A DNA stretch of 64,000 nt from an uncultured Actinomycetota bacterium (GTDB lineage: Bacteria; Actinomycetota; Actinomycetes; Mycobacteriales; Mycobacteriaceae), in contig CAVPUR010000011.1 of NCBI GenBank assembly GCA_963708995.1, positions 15,682-79,681 of the forward strand, written 5' to 3'. Positions within the stretch are counted from its first letter, which is position 1; each line of letters starts with the position of its first letter. The position numbers and the translations under genes were made by a program. The notes beneath the pieces are model-generated. The model saw only the letters and a list, made by a program, of their open reading frames with translations. It searched no databases and had not been told where the DNA came from. Shown here one piece after another: positions 19,743 to 27,873 of this stretch.

Positions 19743-21463
19743 CAGCGGACCGCCTTCTTCTGTTGCTGTTGCTGTTGACCCTGTTGCTGGGGCCGCTGTT
19801 CCCGCGGCTTTTTACTGTTCTGCTTCTGATGCTGCGACTGCTTTTGTTTTTGTGACTGTTTTTGTGACCCGGACGATCCGTCGGCCTCCGAGTCGGGCAC
19901 GGGCTTCGGCAGCGTATGCACCACCTCGGCGGCGCCCAACTCGCGGTTGGCCACTGAGGCGCGCGGCGCCAGCACCCAGGTGTCCTTGGAGCCGCCGCCC
20001 TGGCTGGAGTTGACCACCCGCGAACCCTCGACCAGCGCAACGCGGGTAAGGCCGCCCGGCAGCACCCAGACGCCGTCGCCGTCGTTGACCGCGAACGGCC
20101 GCAGGTCGACATAGCGGGGCGCCAGCGAGCTTCCGATCTGGGTCGGCACGGTCGACAGCTCCATCATCGGCTGCGCGATCCAGCTTCGCGGATCGTCGCG
20201 AATCTTTTTGCTGACCGCGGCGAGTTCTTTATTGGAGGCTTCCGGACCAAAAACGATGCCGTATCCACCGGAACCCTCGACCGGCTTGAGAACCAGTTCG
20301 CGGACCCGGTCGAGAACCTCTTCGCGTTCGTCGTCGAGCCAGCAGCGGAAGGTGTCGACGTTCCCCAGCAGCGGCTTTTCGCCCAGGTAGTACTCGATCA
20401 TGGTCGGCACATAGGTGTAAATGAGTTTGTCGTCGCCGACACCGTTGCCTATCGCGCTGGAAATCACGACGTTGCCGGCGCGCGCGGCGTTGACCAGCCC
20501 CGCCACCCCGAGCACCGAGTCGGCACGGAACTGCAGCGGGTCCAGGAAGGCGTCGTCGATGCGCCGATAGATGACGTCGACCTGCCGCTCCCCCTCGGTG
20601 GTGCGCATGTACACCTGGTTGTCGCGGCAGAACAAGTCGCGGCCCTCGACCAACTCGACGCCCATCTGGCGGGCCAGCAACGAATGCTCAAAGTAGGCCG
20701 AGTTGTATACGCCCGGGGTTAGCACCACCACCGTCGGATCGGCCTCGTTCGTAGCCGCCGAATTACGCAGCGCCCGCAGCAGGTGCGAGGAGTAGTCGTC
20801 GACCGCGCGCACCCGATGGGTGGCGAAGAGGTTCGGGAACACCCGCGCCATGGTGCGCCGGTTCTCCATGACGTAGGACACCCCCGACGGCGAGCGCAGG
20901 TTGTCCTCGAGAACCCGCCAGTCGCCGCGATCATCGCGGATCAAATCGATGCCCGCGACGTGGATGCGCACGCCGTTAGGCGGGACGATGCCCACGGCCT
21001 GGCGGTGGAAGTGCTCGCAGGACGTTATCAACCGGCGCGGGATCACGCCGTCGCGCAGGATCTCCTGATCCCCGTAAATGTCGTCGAGGTAGCGCTCGAG
21101 GGCATTGACGCGCTGGGTGATGCCCCGCTCCAACCGGTTCCATTCGGCGGCCGAGATCACCCGTGGCACCAGGTCCAGCGGGAACGGCCGCTCCTGGCCG
21201 GACAGCGAAAACGTGATGCCCTGGTCGATGAACGCCCGGGCCAGCGCCTCGGCCCGAGCCTTGAGATCCGACGCGTCCGACGGCGCGAGCTCGGCGTAGA
21301 TGCCCTTGTACGGCCCGCGGACATTGCCCTGGGCATCGAACATCTCGTCGAAGGCCATCGAATAGCTGTCCGACGTGTCGTACCCGTCGAAGATATGTTC
21401 AGCGCGGGCACGCGCACGTCGCTTGCGCCTGTCGACCGGGTTTGCAAGGGTCACGTCTGACAT
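19742..21463 (-). CDS. Circularly permuted ATP-grasp protein (Rv2411c-like) with a Q/K-rich C-terminal tail
   Basis: 573 aa, conserved family. The last ~50 aa are SQKQSQKQKQSQHQKQNSKKPREQRPQQQGQQQQQQKKAVR. Confidence 0.9.
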   Translation of the reverse strand: MSDVTLANPVDRRKRRARARAEHIFDGYDTSDSYSMAFDEMFDAQGNVRGPYKGIYAELAPSDASDLKARAEALARAFIDQGITFSLSGQERPFPLDLVPRVISAAEWNRLERGITQRVNALERYLDDIYGDQEILRDGVIPRRLITSCEHFHRQAVGIVPPNGVRIHVAGIDLIRDDRGDWRVLEDNLRSPSGVSYVMENRRTMARVFPNLFATHRVRAVDDYSSHLLRALRNSAATNEADPTVVVLTPGVYNSAYFEHSLLARQMGVELVEGRDLFCRDNQVYMRTTEGERQVDVIYRRIDDAFLDPLQFRADSVLGVAGLVNAARAGNVVISSAIGNGVGDDKLIYTYVPTMIEYYLGEKPLLGNVDTFRCWLDDEREEVLDRVRELVLKPVEGSGGYGIVFGPEASNKELAAVSKKIRDDPRSWIAQPMMELSTVPTQIGSSLAPRYVDLRPFAVNDGDGVWVLPGGLTRVALVEGSRVVNSSQGGGSKDTWVLAPRASVANRELGAAEVVHTLPKPVPDSEADGSSGSQKQSQKQKQSQHQKQNSKKPREQRPQQQGQQQQQQKKAVR

Positions 21464-21629
21464 GCTCCCTCAAAAGCGTCGTTACAGCAGTCTTAGGTTT
21501 CCTTGAGTTTCAGTTTTGGGCGAAAACGTAACCGACTGATAACCTGGACACTCGCTACGGGCGACCTAAACAATTCAGAGCCCCCGGGCCCACTGCAGAC
21601 CAGCCCCAGACCAACTAAGGATTTAACGC

Positions 21630-21893
21630 GTGGCCAACATCAAGTCGCAGCAGAAGCGCAACCGCACCAACGAGCGCGCCCGGCTGCGCAACAAGTCGGT
21701 GAAGTCCTCGCTTCGTACCGCTGTCCGCGCGTTCCGCGAGGCCGCCCACGCGGGCGAGAAGGAAAAGGCCGCGGAGCTGCTGGCGTCGACCAACCGCAAG
21801 CTGGACAAGGCGGCCAGCAAGGGCGTGATCCACAAGAACCAGGCGGCTAACAAGAAGTCGGCGCTGGCCAAGGCCCTCAACGGCCTGGGCTGA
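21630..21893 (+). CDS. rpsT: 30S ribosomal protein S20
   Basis: 87 aa; [23 protein letters not shown] is canonical S20. GTG start. Confidence 0.95.
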   Translation: MANIKSQQKRNRTNERARLRNKSVKSSLRTAVRAFREAAHAGEKEKAAELLASTNRKLDKAASKGVIHKNQAANKKSALAKALNGLG

Positions 21894-21905
21894 CGCCCCG
21901 CCCGT

Positions 21906-22874
21906 TCATCGGCTCCCATCTCCCGCCAGCTCGGCGACCTTCCTGACCGCGGATTCCAGCGCATAGTCTGCGTCCGCGACGGCACCTTTGACGTTGGCGT
22001 TGAGCGTCGCCACCACTCGCATCGCGTCGGCGACCGTGTCACGCGACCAGCGCCGGGCCTGTTTCTGCGCCTTCTGCACCCGCCAGGGCGGCATTCCCAG
22101 CTGCGCGGCCAGGCGGTACGGATCGCCGGACAGCGGTGCCACCCGGCCGATGGTGTGCACGGCTTCGGCCAGTGCGTCGGCCAACACCACGAGTGGCTCG
22201 CCGCGCAGCATCGCCCACCGCAGGGCCTCGGCGGCTCCCGCGACATCGCCGGTCACCGCCTTGTCGGCGATGTCGAAGCCCTTCACTTCGGCTTTGCCGC
22301 TGTGATAGCGCCGCACCGCGGCCGCGTCCACTTCACCGCCAGTGTCGGCGACCAATTGCGAACAGGCCGAGGCGAGTTCGCGCACATCGGAACCGATAGC
22401 GTCGAGCAGGGCAGTCACCGTCTCCTCATCGACCTTGACCCCCGACGCGCGAAACTCCTTGCGGATGAAGTCGACACGCTCGCTGACCTTGGTGAGCCGG
22501 GCGCACGGATGCACCGCGGCGCCGAGCGAGCGCAGGTCGTTGGCCAGCGCTTTGGCTCGCCCACCACCCGTGTGCACCACCACGAGCACCGTGCCCGGCG
22601 GTAGGTCGGCGGCCGCCGAGGCGACCAGCGCGGCGGCCTCCTTGCCCGCGTCGGCGGCGGCCTCGAGCACGACGACGCGCTCGTCGGCGAACAGTGACGG
22701 GCTGAGCAATTCGGCGAGTTCGTGGGTGCTGACGTCGCCGGCCCGCATCCGGTTGATAGGCACATCATCGGTGCCGGCGGCCTGCCGTACCGACCGCAGC
22801 ACCTCTGCCACGGCCCGTTCGACCAGTAATTCCTCGTCTCCCAGCACCAGGTGCAACGGTGAAGCCTCGCTCAC
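21906..22874 (-). CDS. holA: DNA polymerase III delta subunit
   Basis: 322 aa. Called on conserved position (Rv2413c) and HolA-like N-terminal clamp-loader fold features. Confidence 0.8.
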   Translation of the reverse strand: MSEASPLHLVLGDEELLVERAVAEVLRSVRQAAGTDDVPINRMRAGDVSTHELAELLSPSLFADERVVVLEAAADAGKEAAALVASAAADLPPGTVLVVVHTGGGRAKALANDLRSLGAAVHPCARLTKVSERVDFIRKEFRASGVKVDEETVTALLDAIGSDVRELASACSQLVADTGGEVDAAAVRRYHSGKAEVKGFDIADKAVTGDVAGAAEALRWAMLRGEPLVVLADALAEAVHTIGRVAPLSGDPYRLAAQLGMPPWRVQKAQKQARRWSRDTVADAMRVVATLNANVKGAVADADYALESAVRKVAELAGDGSR

Positions 22875-22886
22875 CCCATGATGGTG

Positions 22887-24467
22887 TCATGACGGGCCGA
22901 CTAGTGCTGACAGCGACCACGCCAGCGCGACCACCGCGGCCAGTCCCGTCGCGGCGCGAAACCACCGCCACCGCCACAGCGCCACCATCAACACCGCGGT
23001 AGCACCGACCACCAGCACGCCTGGCACGCCAGCCGGAACAGACACCGTCGCGCCAGGCATACCGGCCGCCCAGTGCGCCACCCGCAACACCCACCACAGT
23101 TCGGGGCCGGTGAAACGGATCAACAGTTGCGCCCCGGCCGGCCACAGCAAACACACCACAGCCGCCGCGCTGCCCAGCACGGTGATCGGTGCTATCACTG
23201 CGGCCACCGCGAGATTGGCGACCGCGCCGACCAGGCTGACCCGGCCAGAGATACCGGCGACCAGCGGGACCGTCACGACGTGCGCCGCCCAGGCCACGGC
23301 GACCGCATCCGCGAACGGCTTGGGGCAGCCCCGCCCGACCAACCGCCGCGACCAGACCGGCGCGATGGCGATCAGCGCGGCCGTCGCCAGCACGGACAGT
23401 GCGAAGCCCACGTCGACGGCCAACTGCGGGGCGGTGGCCATCAACACCAGCATGGTGGCGGACAGAGCCGGAATCGCCTGCCGGCGGCGCGAGGTCACTA
23501 TCCCGGCCAACGCGATCGCGCCCATCACCGCCGCCCGCAACACGCTGGCCGTCGGCTGTACCACGATGACGAAGGCCACCAGAGCCAACGCGGCGAGCAG
23601 CACGGCCACCCGGGGACCAATCAGCCGGGCCGACAACAGCACCGCGCCGCACACGATGGTGACGTTGGCCCCCGACACCGCGGTCAAGTGCGTCATGCCC
23701 GCCGCGCGAAACTCGCGGCCGGTTTCGGCGGCAACCGCCGAGGTGTCACCCAGCACCAGGGCGGGCAACATCGCTGCCTGATCGGGAGGCAACACGCCCC
23801 GGACCGCCGCGACGAACCGGCTGCGGACGGTGTGCGCAGCTTGCTGCACCGCACCGGCCCGGCCAAGGGTGGGCCGGCCCGTCGCGTTGAGCACCGCGAC
23901 GGTCAGGTCGTGGCGGGACGGGTGGCTGACGCGCGCGGTGAACCGCATGGGCTGGCCGACCATCACCGGGCCGTCTTCCGAATCGAACTCCGACGCCCGC
24001 GCGAAAACCACTACCCGACCGGACATTTCGTCGTCGCGCAGCCGCAGCAAGGTGGCACGAAACATCAGCCGGCCCTGATTTCCCGAGCCCAGCGACAGCG
24101 CGCTCTCGCTGGGGGTGACCGTGACCGGCACGGCTGTTCCGAACGCCGCGGTAATCGGGTGGCGACTAACGGCGTCGGCGCGCAACGCGACCGCAAGCCC
24201 GAACCCCGCGCCCACGACACCGATCGCCACCAGTCCGGCGCTGATCGACCGGAGCCGCGCACCCGGACCGCGCCGGCGCGCCGCGTACCACAACAGCGCG
24301 CCCGAGACGGCGGCCAACACGGCGCCGCACAACGCGAACACCCGGCCGACCGGCCACACGGTCCCGGCAGCCGTCGCCGCCCAACTGGCGAGCGCGGCCG
24401 GGGCCAGGCGCACATCGAGTGGTGCCGCCAGAAACGCATCACGCGCATCACCGCCGGGGTGGCGCAC
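22887..24467 (-). CDS. comEC: ComEC/Rec2-family integral membrane protein (competence domain only)
   Basis: Polytopic membrane protein. The GTG at 24467 lies 6 nt after the comEA stop; the track ORF extends to 24578. Confidence 0.75.
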   Translation of the reverse strand: MRHPGGDARDAFLAAPLDVRLAPAALASWAATAAGTVWPVGRVFALCGAVLAAVSGALLWYAARRRGPGARLRSISAGLVAIGVVGAGFGLAVALRADAVSRHPITAAFGTAVPVTVTPSESALSLGSGNQGRLMFRATLLRLRDDEMSGRVVVFARASEFDSEDGPVMVGQPMRFTARVSHPSRHDLTVAVLNATGRPTLGRAGAVQQAAHTVRSRFVAAVRGVLPPDQAAMLPALVLGDTSAVAAETGREFRAAGMTHLTAVSGANVTIVCGAVLLSARLIGPRVAVLLAALALVAFVIVVQPTASVLRAAVMGAIALAGIVTSRRRQAIPALSATMLVLMATAPQLAVDVGFALSVLATAALIAIAPVWSRRLVGRGCPKPFADAVAVAWAAHVVTVPLVAGISGRVSLVGAVANLAVAAVIAPITVLGSAAAVVCLLWPAGAQLLIRFTGPELWWVLRVAHWAAGMPGATVSVPAGVPGVLVVGATAVLMVALWRWRWFRAATGLAAVVALAWSLSALVGPS

Positions 24468-24472
24468 CGGTG

Positions 24473-25354
24473 TCAGACGCGAACCAGCGGGCGCAGCTTG
24501 TCCAGGCGAGCGGGGCCGATGCCGTCGACGTCGGCGAGTTGGTCGACGCTGGTGAACCTGCCGTGGGTCTGCCGCCACGCCACGATCGCCGCGGCGGTGA
24601 CCGGGCCGACTCCGGGCAGGGCGTCGAGCTGCTCGACGGTCGCGGCGTTGAGATCGACCACCTCACCGCCCTTGGGTCTGGTCGATCCCGGTGCCGGCCC
24701 GGAACCTGGCGGGCTCCCGGATGCCGGCGCCGAGCCCGAGCCCACCGAGCTGCCGAGCACCGCCGGCTGCCCCGATATTGGTGCGATCCCGACCACGATC
24801 TGCTCGCCGTCGCCGACCGGACGAGCCATGTTCAGTCCGATGGTGTCCGCTCCGTCCATTGCGCCGCCTGCGGCCTGCACCGCATCGGCGATTCGCGCGC
24901 CGGGCGCCAGGGTGACCAATCCGGGGGTATGCACCAGACCGACCACGCTGACCACCACGGGTCGATCCGGACTGGCCGGTTGGCCGGCGCCCGGACCGGC
25001 CGACGATCTGGGGCTCGCCGACGCGGCCCTTTCCACCGGGGGCAGCTTGGCAGACATCACCGGCGCGGGCCGGTCACGCACCAAGGTGAATACCGTGATC
25101 AGCACGGCGAGTGCGGCGACGACGGCCAATGCGATGGCCCCGGCGCGGCCAGGATCGGCTCGCACCCTGGCGAGCCAGCTCGCGCGTTGGGACGCGTCCG
25201 GAAGCCAGCGCGGCAGCAACGAGTTCTGGTCCTCGTCCGCGGCTTCGGGTGTTTGGTCCGAGCTGTCGGCGTCGGCGGGTGCTTGGATGTCCGTGGTGTC
25301 CGGGTCGGCACCTAGCCGTCGATGCAGTCGCTCGGCGGGAAGTTCGGTTCGCAT
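24473..25354 (-). CDS. comEA: ComEA-like helix-hairpin-helix DNA-binding protein
   Basis: C-terminal tandem HhH (LNAATVEQLDALPGVGPVTAAAIVAWR...LADVDGIGPARLDKL), a single TM segment and a SLBB-like middle region. Confidence 0.85.
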   Translation of the reverse strand: MRTELPAERLHRRLGADPDTTDIQAPADADSSDQTPEAADEDQNSLLPRWLPDASQRASWLARVRADPGRAGAIALAVVAALAVLITVFTLVRDRPAPVMSAKLPPVERAASASPRSSAGPGAGQPASPDRPVVVSVVGLVHTPGLVTLAPGARIADAVQAAGGAMDGADTIGLNMARPVGDGEQIVVGIAPISGQPAVLGSSVGSGSAPASGSPPGSGPAPGSTRPKGGEVVDLNAATVEQLDALPGVGPVTAAAIVAWRQTHGRFTSVDQLADVDGIGPARLDKLRPLVRV

Positions 25355-25558
25355 GTCGCCGACCGTAGGTCCGACAACCACCACAATGGCCGGCGCCGAT
25401 AGCGTCCGGACGCCCGCCTGTGGATCAATGCGAACTTGTGTACAAACGGCACAAACTGCACAGTGGCACCCGGTTGGCGCGCGGCTGCGACGGCAGCTTA
25501 ACGTGCAGGAGAAGCCCCCCAGCTCCGCCCGTCAGCTCCCAAGATAAGGAGGGCTGCC

Positions 25559-26716
25559 ATGAAACTGGCGCTCACAGCAGACGAAGCCGCATTTCGCGAC
25601 GAGCTTCGCAGCTTTTACACCACGAAGATCCCCGAAGACATCCGCGAGCTGGTGCGTCAGGGCCTGTCGCTGAGCAAGGACCAGATCGTCGCCACCCAAA
25701 AAATTCTCAACGAACACGGTCTGGCGGTACCGAATTGGCCGGTCGAATGGGGCGGCAAGGACTGGACGCCCACCCAGCACCAGATCTGGTCCGACGAGAT
25801 GCAATTGGCGTGTGTGCCCGAGCCGCTGAACTTCAATACCAAGATGGTCGGCCCGGTGATCGCCGAATTCGGATCACCGGAGATCAAGGAGCGCTTCCTG
25901 CCGCCGACCGCCAACCTCGACATCTGGTGGTGCCAGGGCTTCTCCGAACCCGAGGCCGGCTCGGACCTCGCGTCGCTGCGCACCACCGCGGTTCGCGACG
26001 GCGACAGCTATGTCGTCAACGGCCAGAAGACGTGGACGACGCTGGGCCAGTACGCGGACTGGATCTTCTGCCTGGTGCGCACCGACCCGCAGGCACCCAA
26101 GCGCCAGGCCGGCATCTCGTTTCTGCTCTTCGACATGAAGACGCCGGGCATCACAGTCCGGCCGATCAAGACGATCGACGGCGGCCAGGAAATCAACGAG
26201 TTGTTCTTCTCCGACGTTCGAGTGCCGGCGAATCAGCTTGTTGGACAAGAGAACCAGGGCTGGACGTACGCAAAATTCCTGTTAGGCAATGAGCGCACTG
26301 GCATTGCCGGGGTGGGACGGACCAAAGTGCGCCTCGCCGAGGTGAAAAAGCACGCCGCGCAAACCGGGGTGCTCGATGACCCGCTGTTCGCGGCCCGGCT
26401 GGCCGAGGCCGAAAACGAGGTGCTGGCATTGGAACTCACGCAGGCACGGGTGGTCTCAGACTCCTCGGACGGCACGCCCAACCCGGCGTCGTCGGTGCTC
26501 AAGCTGCGCGGCAGCCAGTTACAGCAAGTAGCCACCGAGCTGTTGGTCGAGGTGGCTGGGCCGGACGCGCTTCCCGCCGACGGGGAAGACATTTCGTCTC
26601 CGAACTGGGCGCAGGCCAGTGCCCCGCGCTACCTGAACTGGCGCAAGGCGTCAATCTACGGCGGCAGCAGCGAAGTGCAGCGCAACATCATCGCGTCGAC
26701 CATTCTGGGATTGTGA
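25559..26716 (+). CDS. fadE: Acyl-CoA dehydrogenase (catalytic-type subunit)
   Basis: 385 aa ACAD fold. The C-terminal YGGSSEVQRNII retains the catalytic-base Glu context. AGGAGGG Shine-Dalgarno before the ATG. Confidence 0.9.
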   Translation: MKLALTADEAAFRDELRSFYTTKIPEDIRELVRQGLSLSKDQIVATQKILNEHGLAVPNWPVEWGGKDWTPTQHQIWSDEMQLACVPEPLNFNTKMVGPVIAEFGSPEIKERFLPPTANLDIWWCQGFSEPEAGSDLASLRTTAVRDGDSYVVNGQKTWTTLGQYADWIFCLVRTDPQAPKRQAGISFLLFDMKTPGITVRPIKTIDGGQEINELFFSDVRVPANQLVGQENQGWTYAKFLLGNERTGIAGVGRTKVRLAEVKKHAAQTGVLDDPLFAARLAEAENEVLALELTQARVVSDSSDGTPNPASSVLKLRGSQLQQVATELLVEVAGPDALPADGEDISSPNWAQASAPRYLNWRKASIYGGSSEVQRNIIASTILGL

Positions 26717-26723
26717 GGCAGCC

Positions 26724-27845
26724 ATGGACTTTCAGTCGAGCGACGAGCAGGCCCTGCTCCGCGACACCACCCGCGACCTGCTGTCACGCACCTACGACCC
26801 GGAGAGCCGCATCAAGGTCATCGGCTCGGATCTGGGCTGGAGCCGGGAGGTCTGGAGCCAGCTCGCCGACACCGGCATTCTCGGCCTGGGCTTCGATGAC
26901 GAGTCGGGCCAGATCGAGATCATGGCGGTGCTCACCGAAGTTGGGCGCAGGTTGGCCCCCGAGCCGATCCTGCACGCCGCGCTGGCGCCCGGCGCGCTGA
27001 TCGCCGAACTGGGCACAGATGAGCAGAAACAGCTACTGGACGATGTCGCCGCCGGCCAGCATCTACTGGCCTTCGCCCACCTGGAGCCAGGCCACCGCAG
27101 GCCGACTGCAGAAACCTCCACTAGAGCCGCGCAGCAAGGTGATTCGTGGACAGTGAGCGGACGAAAGAACCCGGTTCTGGCCGGCGACTGCGCCGACACG
27201 CTGGTGGTCAGCGCCGCGCTTCCCGACGGCGGCACAGGGTTATTCCTGGTGGACGCCGATCAGAAAAACACTGCGGTGACCCGGCACGGCTACCCGACAT
27301 TCGACGGACAGCGTGGTGCCCAGATCGAGCTGGAGTCCGCACCTGCGCAACCGCTGGGCGGAGCAATCGATGCGTCGCGCGCCATCCGCGACACCCTTGT
27401 CCGCATCCAGTCGGCGTTGTGTTCCGAAGCGGTCGGGGCCATGGAGGAAGCGCTGCGGCTGACCACCGATTACCTCAAGACGCGCAAGCAGTTCGGCGTC
27501 ACGCTCAACAAGTTCCAGGCACTCACCCAGCGCGCCGCCGACATGTACGTTTCGCTGGAATCGGCCCGCAGCATGAGCTTCTACGCGGCGATGTCTATCG
27601 CCGACGGCAACCTCGACCCGGTGATCGCGTCGCGCGCCAAGCTGCAGATCGGTCGCTCGGGCCGGCACATTGCCCAGGAGTCGATCCAGATGCACGGCGG
27701 CATCGGCATCACCGTGGAGTATCCGGTCAGCCACTACGCGGCCCGGCTCACCGCGATCGAGCAAACCCTGGGATCCTCGCAGGATCACTTGGGGGTGCTG
27801 ATCGACCACATCACCGACTACGGCTTGGTCCGACTACAAGACTGA
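26724..27845 (+). CDS. fadE: Acyl-CoA dehydrogenase family protein (probable non-catalytic partner subunit)
   Basis: 373 aa ACAD fold, 7 nt after the previous gene. The equivalent C-terminal segment reads TLGSSQDHL, with Gln where the catalytic Glu is expected. Confidence 0.85.
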   Translation: MDFQSSDEQALLRDTTRDLLSRTYDPESRIKVIGSDLGWSREVWSQLADTGILGLGFDDESGQIEIMAVLTEVGRRLAPEPILHAALAPGALIAELGTDEQKQLLDDVAAGQHLLAFAHLEPGHRRPTAETSTRAAQQGDSWTVSGRKNPVLAGDCADTLVVSAALPDGGTGLFLVDADQKNTAVTRHGYPTFDGQRGAQIELESAPAQPLGGAIDASRAIRDTLVRIQSALCSEAVGAMEEALRLTTDYLKTRKQFGVTLNKFQALTQRAADMYVSLESARSMSFYAAMSIADGNLDPVIASRAKLQIGRSGRHIAQESIQMHGGIGITVEYPVSHYAARLTAIEQTLGSSQDHLGVLIDHITDYGLVRLQD

Positions 27846-27873
27846 GCTACGGCCCATCTCGTTTTTTGTTCGA

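Noticed and set aside
19742-19880. Possible VNTR/MIRU-type tandem repeat
   Set aside because: The repeats are short, imperfect codon-level microrepeats inside a coding tail, not a 50-100 bp intergenic MIRU unit. I report them as a low-complexity tail instead.
23073-25547. 824-aa plus-strand ORF spanning comEC and comEA
   Set aside because: It is antisense to two conserved genes. The composition is extremely Arg/Gly/His/Pro-rich with no domain signatures, so it is a shadow ORF.
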